A program made the position numbers and the translations under genes. A DNA stretch of 64,000 bases, from assembly GCF_009914755.1 (NCBI RefSeq), contig NC_060939.1. The stretch is one strand, 5' to 3'. The stretch is from the human T2T-CHM13v2.0 reference genome, Homo sapiens. This document shows, piece after piece, positions 43,790 through 56,858 of the stretch. The notes under the pieces were generated by a model. The model saw nothing but the letters and a program-made list of their open reading frames with translations, did no database searches and was not told the DNA's origin. How positions within the stretch are numbered: position 1 is the stretch's first letter; each line of letters opens with the position of its first letter.

Positions 43790-45405
43790 ATTTTTTACTC
43801 TTTATTTTACGATAATTATAGATTCACATGCAGTTCTAAGAAATAATCACATCCCATAAACTCTTCCCCCAATTTCACTCAGTGGTAACATATTGCATGA
43901 CAAGAGTACAGTATCAAAAGTGGGACACTGGCATTGATGCAATCCATTGCCTCTATTCAAATTTCACCTGCTTTACATGCACTCATTTGTCTGTGTGTGG
44001 ATATTTATTTCTATGAAATTTTACCTTACTTATAGATTTGTGTGACCACCGCCACAGTCAAGATACAAACAGACCCATCAACAATTCTTTACTAACCTTC
44101 ATAGTCACAGCCTCTCCCTGTATCTTGAGCCCTTGGCAATCATTAATCTGTCTTCCAACTCTATAATTTTGTCATTTTGAGAGTGCTATATTAATGGAAT
44201 CATATCACATGTAACTTCTTACGATTGGCTTTATTTTTCTTTTTTTTGGTGGGCACAAATTCCTGGAGTTCACCAAAGTTGTTAAGCATATTAATAGTTT
44301 GTTCCTTTTTATTTCTGAGTGTTCCATATGCATGTACCACAGTTGTACCATTTGCCCACTGAGGGACATTTGAGCTGTTTCCAGTTTTCAATTATTATAA
44401 ACAAAACTGCTGTGAATATTCACATACTGGTTTTTTGTGAACATAAGTTTTCATTTCTCTGGGATAAATGCCCAAGAGTGTAATTCCTGGGTTGTATAAT
44501 AAGTATACTGTAAGTGTTTTGTAAGAAGTGTTTCTGCTGAACCTTTCCCAGAGAGGCTGTACATACTATTGTCCCATTTTATATTTCCACCAAAAATCTA
44601 TGAGTTATCCAGTTATGTGGCATTTTTGCCAGGATTTGGTGTCATCACTGTTAGTTTGCCTGTTTGTTTTAGCCATTTTGACAGGTGTATAGTGATATTT
44701 CACTGGGATTTTAATGTGCATTTCTCTAACGGCTAATGATATTGCATGTCTTTTCATATGTTCATCATCTGTCTGTCCTACTTAGTGAAATATATTTTGC
44801 TAATTTCTCATTGGATTGATTTTTAACTGTTGAGTGTTAAGTGTTCTATATACATTATAGATACAAGTCATTGTTTAGATACGTGGTTTATAAATATTTT
44901 CTCCCAGGTTTTTATTCTTTTCACATAGGCTTTCACAGAGCAAAAGTTTTGGTGAAGTCCTATTATCAATTTTTTCTTCCCCTTTCTAGATCATGATTTC
45001 TGTGCCAAGTCTAAGAAGTTTTTGCCTAGCCATATATCGTGGAAGATTTTCATTTGTCTTTTTAAAAAGGTTTTCTAATTTATGTTTTGCATTTGTGTGT
45101 GTGATGCACTTTGAGTTAGTCTTTTGTGTAGGCTGTGATGTTTAGGACAATGTTCGTTTTTTGGCTTATGAATGCCAAATTGTTCCAGCGTCACTTGTTA
45201 AAAAGACGATCCTTCCTCCATTAAATTGCTTTATCATCTCTGTTGAAATGAATTCCTTTATTAGTCAGTTGGGCTTATTTGTGTGGGTTTATTTTTGGGT
45301 TCTTTATCCTGTTCCATCTATCTGTGTATCTATTATTTGCTAATAAACATTGTCTTGATTATTGTAGCTACATAATATCCCTTATTGTGTATCTAATAAA
45401 ATATG
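43790..45405 (-). mobile_element. L1MC1/2-like 3' region
   Basis: tagattcacatgcagttctaagaaataat; gtgtgaccaccgccacagtcaagatac; tttcatttctctgggataaatgcccaagag. Confidence 0.85.
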
Positions 45406-45409
45406 CATA

Positions 45410-45860
45410 CAATTGACCCTTGAACAACATGGGTTTGAACTGTGCAAATCTATTTATATGTGGATTTTCTTCTGCCACCCCGAGACAGCAAGACCAAACC
45501 CTTCCCTTCCTCTTCCTCCTCAGCTCACTCAACATGGAGACAATGAGAATGAAGGCCTTTATGATGACTCACTTCCACTTAATGAATAGTAAATATATTT
45601 TATCTTCCTTACGATTTTCCTAATAACATTTTCTTTTCTCTAGCTTATTTTATTGTAAGAATACAGTACATAATACATATAACATACAAAGATTTTTTCA
45701 CTCACCTGTTTGTGTGATCAGTAGGTCTTCCACTCAACAGGGTATTAGTAGTTAAGCTTTGGGGAGTCAAAAGTCATATGTGGATTTTTGACTGCACAAA
45801 AATCCACATATATGTCGGGGAGGGGAGCTCCTGATGCTCACATTGTTCAAGCGTCAACTT
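45410..45860 (+). mobile_element. Tigger2a/MER28-type MITE
   Basis: Inverted termini caattgacccttgaacaa and ttgttcaagcgtcaact. Confidence 0.85.
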
Positions 45861-45865
45861 CATGT

Positions 45866-46198
45866 ACAGTTATCCCTCGATATCAATGGGGCAGAGTTCC
45901 AGAACCTCCCACTGACAATCAGAATCCCCAGGTGTTCAAGTCTCTGATATAAAATGGCATAGTATTAGCATATAACTTATGCGCCTCCTCCCATATACTT
46001 TAAATCATCTCTATTATTAGTTATATTGCCTAGTACCATGTAAACACTATGTAAATAATTATTATACTTATACAGTATTATTTGCAATAATGATAAAAGT
46101 CTGTATATGTTCAATACGAACTCCATTTTTTTAAAATATTTTTGATTCATGATAGGTTGGATCCACAGATGCAGAACCTATGGATACACAAGATGAAA
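45866..46198 (+). mobile_element. MER2 MITE
   Basis: cagttatccctcgatatc...caagtctctgatataaaatggc...atccacagatgcagaacctatggatac. Confidence 0.85.
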
Positions 46199-48599
46199 TA
46201 TATTTGGTTTTTGTCCCTGGTTCCTGGCACAGAACTGCAATTTCCCGAGTGATAGGCGTGTCTTTTGAATGAGTGTTGGATTGTGTCATATTTTTCTGAG
46301 GATATCTATATGATTATATGATTTTTCTTTAGCCTATTGATATAATTATTATATTAATTGATTTTCAGATATTGAACCAGATATATATCTCTGGAATATA
46401 TCCCACTTGGTCAAACGTGTAATTCTTTCTATGCATTTGGATTTGATTTGCTAATACTTTTGAGGATTTTTGCATCCAAGTTTATGGGAGATATTGGTCC
46501 ATAGTTTGGGGGTTTTTTGTACTCTTTGTTTAATTTTGTATTAGGGTAATACTAACTTCATAAATGAGTTAGTGTTTCCTTCTCTTCTATTTTCTGGAAG
46601 TGATTGCATAAAATTTGTGTCAATTCTCTCCTAAATGTTTGGTGGAATTCTCTAGTAAAACCATCAGGGCCTGAACATCTCATTGCGGGAGATTTTTATT
46701 ATGTATTCAATTAATTTAATGATTGTAAGACTAATCAGATTTTCTATTTCTTCTTGATTGAGTTTCATAGCTTGTGACTTTTGAGAAATTGATCCATTTC
46801 TTCTCAGTTGTTGAATTTATGAGTGTGAAGTTGTTCATAATATTCCCTTATTCTTTTAATGGCTACATGATCTGCAGTAATAACTCCTGTTTCCTTCCTC
46901 ATACTGGTGACACGTCTCTCTCTTTTATATCTTTGTCAACTTGCTAGATGTTTATCATTTTTTATTTTCTTTTCAAAAAAGCTGCTTTTGATTTATTGGT
47001 TTTCTTCCATTGTTTTTATATTTTTAGTGTTATAAATTCCTGCTTTTATCTTTATTATTTCCTTTCTTTTGCTTACCTTGAATGTATTTTGCTCTCCTTT
47101 TTTCAGTTTCTTGAGGTAGGAACCCAGACTAATGATTTGATCCCTTTTTCTTTATCTAAACTTTGAGAATTGTTATTGTTTCTTCCTTGAATGTAGAAAT
47201 AATCAGTGGAGCCAGGTACGTCTGAAATTTTTATTGTGCGAATATTTTAACTATGAATGCAATTTTAAAAATAGATACAGAGCTACTCAGAGCTTCGATA
47301 ATTTGGATATTCCAAGAAATATGTCCACTTTATCTAAGTTACCACACTTACCGTAATGAGGTGTTTATAATACTTTAAAAATCATCTTTTTAATAGTTGT
47401 AGGATTTGTAGTGATGTCCCTTTTTAATTCCTGATAATAATGAACTAATTTTATTACTGCTTTTTAAAAAGTGGATTTTAGTTTTATTTCTGATTGTTAT
47501 TCTATTTCATTGATTTCTGCTGTCATGTTTATTATTTGCAAATATTTGAAGATTTTTCAGATTTTCATGTTACTCATTTCTAATTTAATATAATTGTTGT
47601 CAGAAGAATTGTGGATGATTTCAGTCCTTTTTTATTGAGAATTTTTCTATGGTTTATGATATAGTCTATTTTGGTAAATAGTGCATGTTCACTTGAAAGG
47701 AATATGTATGATGGAGTATTCTATAAATGTCTATTAGGTCAGGATTATGGTAATGTTGCTTAAGTTGGCTATATTTTTACTGATTTTCTATCTACTTCTC
47801 ACTGATTATTGTCAGTGGGATGTTGAGATCTCCAACTATAAATGTGAATTTGTTTCTTCTTGTAATTCTCAGATTTTTTTCCTTCATGTATTTTGAAGTT
47901 ATGTTATTAGGAGCATAACATTTAGGGTTATTATATTGTTTTGATGAATTGCTCCTGTAATCATTATGAAAGACCCTCTTTTTTCTTGGCACCATCCCTT
48001 GTCCTGAAATATACCTTGATATTAATATAGTTTCCCATCTGTTCTTTGTTCTCCTTTCTTATATTTTTCTGCCTTCACTTGGGTCAACTGAGCACCTTTC
48101 ATACTTTTAATTTATCTTCTTAGTTATTTTTTCACTCATGGCTATTTGCTCTTAGTTTATAATGTGCATCTTGACTTATGAAAGTCTGATTTCAAATAAT
48201 ATTACCACTTCAAATCTCGTATAAGAGCTTTACAACTGTATACTTACATTTTCCTCTCCCATTATTGCATGATTGTTGTCACATTTTACTTCTGAATTTG
48301 TTTTAAAATTAAAATACATGGTTACTTTGCTTTAATCATCTATTTTCAGAGTGATTTCAAAATATAAAAATGTCATTGTATTCACCCAAATATTAACACA
48401 CACATTTCCATTTCCAGTGTTCTTCATTCATTTAGGTAGATGCACATTCCTATCTGCTTTTATGGAGAAAGTCAATTTCTGGTTTTTCTATTTTTGTTGG
48501 TTGCAGAATTCTAGGTTGCCAGATTTTCCTTCAGTACTTGAAAGATGTTTTTCCACTATCTTCTGGCTTATTGTTTCCACTATTTCACTGTTGTTTTTC

Positions 48600-48922
48600 T
48601 TTTTCTTTCTTTTTTTTTTTTTTTTTTTTTTTTTTTGAGATGGAGTTTCGCTTTTGTTGCCCAGGCTGGAGTGCAATGGCGCAATCTCAGCTCACCGCAA
48701 CATCTGCCTGCCTCCCAGGTTCAAGTGATTCTCCTGCCTCAGCCTCCCAAGTAGCTGGGATTAAAGGCATGCGCCACCACACCCACCTAGTTTTGTATTT
48801 TTAGTACAGACGGGGTTTCTCCATGTTGGTCAGGCTGGTCTTGAACTCCCGACCTCAGGTGATCCGCATGCCTTGGCTTCCCAAAGGGTTGGGATTACAG
48901 GCATGAGCCACCATGTCCAGCT
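48600..48922 (-). mobile_element. AluSp-like, inserted in the tail of an AluJ
   Basis: gagtttcgcttttgttgccc, tttctccatgttggtcagg, ctcccgacctcagg. Confidence 0.93.
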
Positions 48923-48924
48923 GA

Positions 48925-49445
48925 TTTCTTTTTCTTTTTTCTTTTTTTAGAGATGGGGTCTTGCTCTGTCACCCAAGCTACAGTGCAGTGGTGCAATTAT
49001 AGCTCACTGTAACCTTGAACTTCTGGGCTCAAGTGATCCTCCCACCTTAGCCTCCCGAGTAAGCTGGGACTGAAGGTTAATTTTTTGATGTTGGTTTTAC
49101 TTTCTCTGCCCAATCTGAAAATCTCTGCCTTTTATTTGGGAACACATTCAATTAAACTCAATTAGATTTTACTTGCTAAAAAGAGTCCAAGGCACAGACA
49201 CAATGGTAAACCACATAAACTCTTCAGGTTCCCTGCCAGTTCCAGACATCAGTTTTTCTTCCCCCCGAAAAAACACAGTAAAACCCTGTCTCTACCAAAA
49301 AGGAAAAAAATTATTATTTTTTTTTTTGTAAAGACAGGGTTCTGCTGTGTTGCCCACGCTGGTCCCAAATTCGTGGCCTCAAGTGATCCCCTGCCTTGGC
49401 CTCCCCAAGTGCTTGGATTACAGGTATGAGCCGCTGCACTTGGAC
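48925..49445 (-). mobile_element. AluJ split by a ~235-bp composite insert (right arm 48925-49076, left arm ~49312-49445)
   Basis: atagctcactgtaaccttgaacttctgggctcaagtgatcctccc is AluJ-like; non-Alu sequence lies between the arms. Confidence 0.85.
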
Positions 49446-50099
49446 TTCTTATTCTTATCTTCGTTTCTCTGTATGTATTGAGTTTCAGTATGTGTTAATA
49501 CATTACTGTATTTAAAAAAATTTTTTAGTTTTGTTTTAGGACGCAGATAAGTTATTTAGAAACAAATCTGATCTTTTCTAGCTTTGCTTTTAATCTTTCT
49601 TACGTGGGATAGATCAAACCTTTAATCAAGGGCTATTTTTTTTTTCTGTTACTGAGCCAATATATTTCCGATTACTGTACCCAATGTGTCATGCATTTTA
49701 ACAGTTTGCCTTTCTGGCTGATAGAAACAAAATATCCCTAGTTCCATGTGATCCCTGGAAATTATTATGCCTACTTCATTAGACTGTACTTTGGTCTTGG
49801 ATATTTTCATACACATGCACTTATCAATACTAACCTGGAGACTCAAGTGACATCTTTGCAGATATCTGGAGTTCAATGTCTCTCTCTTCTTTCCTCTCTT
49901 CCTCTCTTCTCTTCCTCTTCCTTTTGCTCTGCCTCTTCTTCTTCCTCTCTCTCTCTCGTTGTCTCTTCCCTCGTACTCTGTCCCATGAACTCTAGCTACG
50001 TTGGTTCCCCTGAGCCAACTCTGTCCCAATTCTGTCTCCTCAACTCAAATGCTGGCTTAAGTTATCCCTCCCTGGGCTCTTTCCTTAAGCAAGTTTCCT

Positions 50100-50605
50100 T
50101 TAATAGCATTTTATCCACTGTAGAACTTCAATCAGAATTGAAGTCAATCCTCTCAAACCCTGCCACTTCTTTACTAACTAAATTTATGTAATATTTTAAA
50201 TCCTTTGTAGTCATTTCAATGGTGTTCATGGTATCTTCACCATGAGTAGATTCCATCTTAACTAATCACTTTCTTTGGTAACTCATAAGAAGAAACTCCT
50301 CATCCATTCAAGTTTATCAAGAGATGCAGCAATTCTCCACTTCTAATTCTAGTTTTCTTGCTATTTTCACCACAACTGCAGTTACTTCTCCCACTGAAGC
50401 CTTGAACCCCTCAAAATCATCCTTAGGGTTGGAATACACTTCTTCCAATCTCCTGTTAATGTTGATATTTTGACCTCCTCCCATGAATTACACATGTTCT
50501 TTGTGGCGTCTAGAATGGTGAGTCCTTTCCAAAAGGCTTTTTATTTACTTTGCCTGGATACATCAAAGCGATCACTATCTATGGCAGCTGTAGCCTTAGA
50601 AAATG
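50100..50605 (-). mobile_element. Tigger1 internal fragment (transposase 3' part), no terminal repeats
   Basis: Reverse complement reads ggctacagctgccatagatagtgat...ccattctagacgcc...tcatgggaggaggtcaaaatatcaacattaacagg...gagaggattgact. Confidence 0.85.
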
Positions 50606-52376
50606 TTATCTATGTAATGTATCCATGTTCAATTCAATTAAACTCAATTAGATTTTATTTGCTAAAAAGAGTTCAAGGCACAGACACAATAATAAACCAC
50701 ATAAATTCTTCAGGTTCCCTATCAGTTCCAGACATCAGTTTTTCTTCCCAAAAGCGTTGTTCTGGATTGCAGGCCTAGGTCAGGTGAGAGGGTACCAGCA
50801 GAGGGATGCCTGCATGCCTGCTCCAAACCGGTGCCTCCCCAGCAGTCCTGAGTTGCATGCACTAGAGCATTTCACAGTCGCCACCTCCTTTGCCATAGCA
50901 AAACTTGGTTTTGTTTGTGCCTCAGTAGAGGCTGAGGGCCATCACTGAAGAAAATCCACAATAACAAGCAGACAGGAAACCAATATATGAAGCAAAATAA
51001 TTCTTTATTTTATAATAAAATTATCTACCACAAAACTGAAAGTTTATTCTGACTTAAGGGAAGTCAAATGAGAATCCGAAAGTTTTGTGGTGCATATAGA
51101 TTCACAGCAATGGGAATTAGTTAGAGGTCTTATATGTAAGTTCACTCAGTGAATGTGTATGGCCCCCAAGCACAGGCCTGGAAGGAACTTCACTGACATG
51201 TTTTCTTAAATGACCTTCAACTTGCATCTCTGATTATGTCTTCTTGTAATCCACGCTGGACTCTTTTCTTCTAAGTGACACATTACTTCTTCAGGTAGAT
51301 CAATATCATCAATTAAAATGCAATTTTGTCTTGTTTTTGCACGGTCTGTTTTTTTAAGTCTAACTTTGCATACTTACCCACTTACCTACACTTTAACTAA
51401 AGTGTGTTTATTAAACTTTCCAAACTCTGGGATGCCTTGCTTTCATGCCTACTTATAATTACTTTATGTGTGCTAAAAAGTCACAAATAGCACTTTTTGC
51501 CCTATGTTCTTTTCTTCTTTGTACTCTGGAAGAAGAACCAATGACGACAATGAAAAGCAGGCAGTAGCAGAGTTGAAGAAGAGCATAGGACTTGGCAGTG
51601 CACAGCATGAATCCTCAGTCCTTGGCCAACAAACGTCATCATTTCAACAGACCAAATCTATTGTCAAGATGTGTTTTCTGTTAAGTCTCCATTGGCCCAA
51701 TGAGAAACACTTAAATTGAGCTTCCCTAGACAACATTTTGCAAAGGGACTGTGATGCTAACTCTCCCTTGAAAACATTACAATTTATATATTAATAAAAT
51801 CTTCTTATTTTCATGTTTTAAAACTTCAGCTTGAATTTGAGCCCATTAAGTACAACTGGCAGTAATTTCTTCGCCATGGTCATGTCCAAATGTTGTGATG
51901 AACACAGAGATAAGGCTAATTGTCATAGATTTAAATCATCTAAAACAATTGGGATTGCTTCATGTCACCGGTACTCTCTGCTCCAGGCTCAGACATGATA
52001 ACTTTATGATCAGCATCTTAAATATCTCACATCTCTCAACTCAATTCATATCTTGAGATTGGTTCCAGCTCCAGCATGAATTTTGAAGAGCTCCCTGTGG
52101 CTACAAGTCTCTGATTCTTCCCTGTCTGATAGGGGAGCTGGGTCCTGCCCACTGCTTTGTCCTGTGTTCCAGTCCTCCTGGAAAGTCCAGTCCCCCAGTC
52201 CCTTGTCATGATGGTCTGTGTCTCTTGGCCAGCTAGGGTTAGGCTCAGAGTTAAGCTAACTGTTGTAGACTCTAACCGTGGCTTGCTTATTTGCACCTGT
52301 CTTCTTTGGCTACTAAATAGTTTTTTTTTCTTTTGACCGATTGCATCTGGCTTCCCCACCTGCTCTGTGCCCCTAG

Positions 52377-52773
52377 TGTATTAGTTTATTAGGGCTGCCA
52401 TAACAAAATACCACAGACAGAGTGGTTTAAGTGACAGAAGTTTATTTTCTCGCAATTCTAGAAGCTAGAAGTCTAAGATCGAGGTGTCAGCAGAGTTGCT
52501 TTCTCCTGAGGCCTGTCTCTTTGATGTGTAGATGGCTGCTATCTTCCTTTGTCTCTGCCTGTTCTTCCCTTTGTGCAGGACTGCATCCTAATCTCCTCTT
52601 AAGGACGGAAGTCATATTGAATTAGGACCCAGGCATATGACCTCGTTTAACCTTAATTGCCTTTTTAAACACTCTAGCTCCAAATCCAGTCACGTTCTGA
52701 ATTTTGAGGCACCAAAGGGGTGGTTAGAACTTCAACATCTGAATTTGGGGGGGATGCAATTCATCTTACAACA
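52377..52773 (-). mobile_element. MLT1A/B solo LTR
   Basis: tgtattagtttattagggctgccataacaaaataccacagac ... tgcaattcatcttacaaca. Confidence 0.88.
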
Positions 52774-53299
52774 CCCAAGATGGTTCTTACATCCGTTCTC
52801 AGCCTCAGATGTCCTCAGTCCTGGTGCTGCCTATGTGGCGTGCCTGAGGGCAGAGCTCACTGCCAGCCTGGTGCTCCACAGCTGAATTTCTGACTGTCCA
52901 GCAAAGTATCCTTTGTCCAATTTGTACCCACAGGTAGGCTTTAGCTTTCAGGCCAATGTTAGATTCTTCTCCTGGCTTTAGAACAACTTGGTGGTCTCCT
53001 CCAGTTTCTAGGGACATCTCTATGCCTTTCAACTCCTGATTCCATTTGGACCCATCTCTGTATGACCTCTCACAATGCGAGCTTGGGTATCTTTCCCTTC
53101 TTATTGTGACTCACCACTAATAGCAGTACAAAATCCTGTTTCATAAAGTGGGTTCCTCAGAACATTAGTTATGTTGGATATAAATAGATTTCGTGTAGGA
53201 TACCAAGAATGTTTGAGAAATGTTGCATGACAGAAAACAAAGTTTCTTTCATGCAAAACTTCCTATATGTCCACAGGTGGGAAAGTGGGAAGATAGACC

Positions 53300-53802
53300 T
53301 TGCGTGATTTCCAAATGTTTTTGTTTCCAAATGTTTTATTTGGGTTGGGGTGTGAACTGTGAACTTCCCAATGACCCAAAGGACTTGCCCACATGCAGTG
53401 CTGAGATCCTTGGCCACACTTCAGCCTGGCTTCTACCTGCACTAGTCATGTGCCTAAAAGTGACACAGCTCTTGTGTGAGTCTCTGCTCAAGAAAATGCA
53501 ATGCTCCTGAACTGCCAGATGTAAATTGTCCCAACCCACAAGGCCAAACCATTTTCAGTAATCCTCTGCAACTCCACTCTGTAGCTTCCTACTTATAGCC
53601 CCCAGTCTCTTTTCTGGTCCCCCTTTTTTTACTTCCCATAATCTCGTTGTGTGCCCTATCAGATCTCCCTTTGAAAACCCCAGTCACCTTTGTCTTATTT
53701 GGAATTAAACTGATTCATACTGGAGCCTCTCTGCCCTACTGCAGTAGTCTGAGTGAAATCTGTCTTGCTGCCTCTAACAGTGTCCAGTGCTCTTTCTCTG
53801 AC
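53300..53802 (+). mobile_element. Probable ERV1-class solo LTR (MER31/MER67-like); left boundary uncertain
   Basis: 3' end ccctactgcagtagtctgagtgaaatctgtcttgc...tgtccagtgctctttctctgaca resembles these LTRs. Confidence 0.45.
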
Positions 53803-54446
53803 AAGGGGAGGTGCCTCACCAACCCTGAGATATCTGTTAGGAAAATGCTGCTCTGGCATTATGCTCCAAGTGAACCAATTCCAAGATATTCTGCAGAAAC
53901 TATGGCCCAAAGACACTGAGAACACACAGAAATATGCTTGTGCTTTCTATAAGTTTTCCACTTTGTATTAAGTGAAAAAAATTCTATAATAAAACAAACA
54001 GTGAATTTGTGTCACATGTCAGGTATATATGAGTGAGGGCCACATGGCCTCACAGTACATTACACGAATGATGACGCCATGATAACCTGAATGATGAAAG
54101 GACTGAGCCTTCCAGGGAACATTCCCATGCTGAGGCCAGGGTCCCCCCTCTGCCACACTGGCAGGATGTGCTGCCACATCCACATTGCAGGCAAATGTCA
54201 GCTGGCTGCCCCTTGAACACACACTGACTTGGACATTCACTGACAGTCAACATAATTGTCACTGGACTGCAGAGGGAGTGTTAGGGCTCCCTATGTGGAT
54301 GTCAGCTCTTACAAATAAAGCTACCCTCATGTTTGTATGGGGGCAGCAGTCTGCAGTCTGTCATCCAGGGGTAGGGGAATAAACCTGAGGATCAACAAAG
54401 TCCATTCAATATTAAATAAACCTAATTACATACAAAAGAGGGGTCA

Positions 54447-55397
54447 TGTCTTAGTCTGCTCAGGTTGACATCACAAAATGTCATAGATTGAGTGCTTCAA
54501 ACAACAGAAATTTTTTCTCACAGTGATGGAGGATGCAAGTTCAAGATTAAGTTTCTGGAGGCTGGAAGTCCAAGTCAAGCAAGTGACACCTGTGACCACC
54601 TCCAGCAGCAGAGTCCCACTAAACAGTGGAGAACAGAAAGCATAACAATGCCTGCCTCCAGGAGCAGTAATCCCAAGACGTCAACCCACCACATGATTTT
54701 CAGGCACGACTCATGCAGGCACTGGATGGAACAACGCTTTATGCACATAGAGAAGACACAGAGCAAGAGCAGCTTCAGTTTCGACTGTTGATCCCTCATG
54801 GCCAGTGGGTCTCACCCCACAGCCAGCACAGGGAGATGTTCCACACACTCATGCTATAGACAAAGGCCCCTGTTCCCAGCAGTGGGGTCGTTCAGGTGCC
54901 ATATGATGCACATGCTTTAGTAGAACGAAGAAGTACGCCTCCAGTCCAGAACAGAGAAAGAGGTTCCCCATAAAGGGTAATGGACAGCGCAGGCTGTGAA
55001 AGCTCTTTATCTCTTTGTAAGAAAATGTTCCTAACCCAAGGCACACTCCTATGCAACTGTACAGAGGTCAAAAGACTACGTTTGTGTGACTGCTTCTCTC
55101 AACATGTTCCTGGTGAGGGCTCTTTTCCTGGCTTGCAGACAGCCACCTTCTCCATGTGTCTTCACATGGTCTTTCCTTGGGGCTTGCATGAAAAGAGACA
55201 GAGAGATGCTGTGAGAGAGCACTGGGGTGTATCTTCTTATAAGAACACAAATCCCTTCGGATCAAAGCCCCACCCTTAAGATCTTATTAACTTTAGTTCT
55301 TTATAGACCCCCTCCCCCACCTCCAAATATAGCCACACCGGGCATTATGGCTTAAACCTGTGGATCTGGGGGAGACACAAACATTCTATTCATAATA
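54447..55397 (-). mobile_element. MLT1A LTR split by a ~520-bp ERVL-class LTR (MER54/73/74-like, ~54584-55104)
   Basis: tgtcttagtctgctcagg...; resumes tggtgagggctcttttcctggcttgcagacagcc...ggagacacaaacattc; insert ends cttctctcaaca. Confidence 0.75.
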
Positions 55398-55419
55398 GGC
55401 CAAGATGCATAAACAGAAT

Positions 55420-56250
55420 AATTGACTCAGGAGAAAGATGGCAAAAATTCAAAAATTCATCAAATGTAGTACACTTTTAAAATATTCTAACTTGTATCTT
55501 AAAGAGAAGCTGGACAATATTGCACCCATTAAACAAGGGCATATGTCAATGAAAAAGAGGAAATCAGAAAATAAAATATTCTTAAATATTAGAAATATAA
55601 TCATTACAATAAAGATACGATGTCTGAAAGAAAACTTGAAGGACAACTGTCAGCATGTACATAAAAAGAGAAAACATGAAGAGAGATATGAGAAAAAAAG
55701 TTTAATAAGAGCATTTAAATCCAGGAAGTCCAAAGAGTTACATAAAGAGAAAATACAGAAACTGATAAAAATGAAATGATCAAAGAATAGCCTATTAGGA
55801 GAACATTTTCCAGAGCTATGAGGAGGTGCTGCGTGCATCTCGACTTAAAAAGTCACCGACGGTTGATCAGGAGATATAAAAAAATCACCCACCCCTAAAT
55901 GCATCATTGTGATGTTTTAGAAGACAAGGAACAAAACAGGGCATCTGTAAAGAAATCACAGTCAAACTCGCATCAGATTTCTCATTAGTAACACTGGAAT
56001 ACAATGAGGCAGTAACTTCAAAGTCCACAGAGGAAATTATTTTCAACTTAGAATTCTACACCTGGTAAAAAAAAATTATACTGAGTGTCGATGCCAAATA
56101 AACACATTTTCAGTCATCCTAGGCCTCAGAATGTTTACCCTTTATGCATCTTCAGTGAAAAAGATAAATCCTTGATGATATTCTGCAGTAAAACCAATAA
56201 AAATCCTAGACAAAAGGAGACATAGCCCCATCCTCAAGACAATAAAGGAC
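55420..56250 (+). mobile_element. Ancient L1/HAL1 ORF1-like remnant
   Basis: A-rich; gaacattttccagagct, catcagatttctcattagtaacactgga, caacttagaattctacacc are ORF1-region motifs. Confidence 0.65.
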
Positions 56251-56514
56251 TATCTCAGATGACAACTGAGCAGCAGACTTAGAGAGCAACTGGTCTACCA
56301 CAGTGCAAGGTCAGGGGAGTGCAGGTGCAAATGTTGCTAGGGAGAAACGTTTAAGAAGAAAGCAGACTTGTGAAAGCAAAAGCATCACGATGGTGGAAAA
56401 TCTTGGTGATAAGTCAGAGGACAAGTTTAAAACAAAGGGAAAATGTTGGGAATTCTAGGAAACTCACAAATATGTAGAAGAGAGTCATGCTTTAGTGCCA
56501 AGCAACAAGCACAT

Positions 56515-56660
56515 GCCATGGGCTAGCAGCATGGACACCTCCTGGAAACTTGTTAGAAATACACATCCTTAGGCCACCCCAGACCTGCTGAATCAGGAAC
56601 TGTGGATGGCACCCAGCAATCTGCCTTCAGCAAGCCCTCCAGGGGTTTTTGATCCTCTGC
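56515..56660 (+). mobile_element. MER5A fragment
   Basis: cctggaaacttgttagaaat...ccccagacctgctgaatcag...caagccctccagg. Confidence 0.85.
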
Positions 56661-56667
56661 ATTGGAC

Positions 56668-56858
56668 CAGGGTTTGGCAGTGGCCTCTTTTTGTAAATCA
56701 GTTTTGTTGGAACTCATGACACTTATTTTATCCTGCAGTTTCTATGGCTGCTTCCACTCTGCAACAGCAGAGGGTAGTGGCTGTGACAGACACCCTATGG
56801 CCCCAAAGCCTAAATATCTGCTATTTGATTCTGTACAGAAAATATTTGCGAATCCCTG
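56668..56858. mobile_element. MER58A-like hAT MITE
   Basis: Termini cagggtttggca / ttgcgaatccctg; tctatggctgctt; aaagcctaaatat. Confidence 0.8.

Larger units (their letters stand above)
46268..49950 (-). mobile_element. Old L1 ORF2/ORF1 fragments (probably two or more elements), interrupted by Alus
   Basis: T-rich antisense L1 (ctattttctggaag, gatctccaactata, gttgcagaattctaggttg); similar ORF2 segment near 46640 and 47200. Confidence 0.7.

Noticed and set aside
46199-46267. Short MER21-like LTR fragment after MER2
   Set aside because: Too short (~70 bp) to call without a search.
50995-51050. Cluster of AATAAA/TTTATT on both strands
   Set aside because: Expected in AT-rich DNA; no transcript evidence in the sequence.
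55438-55779. Lysine-rich 113-aa ORF
   Set aside because: A-rich decayed L1/HAL1 ORF1-like sequence.
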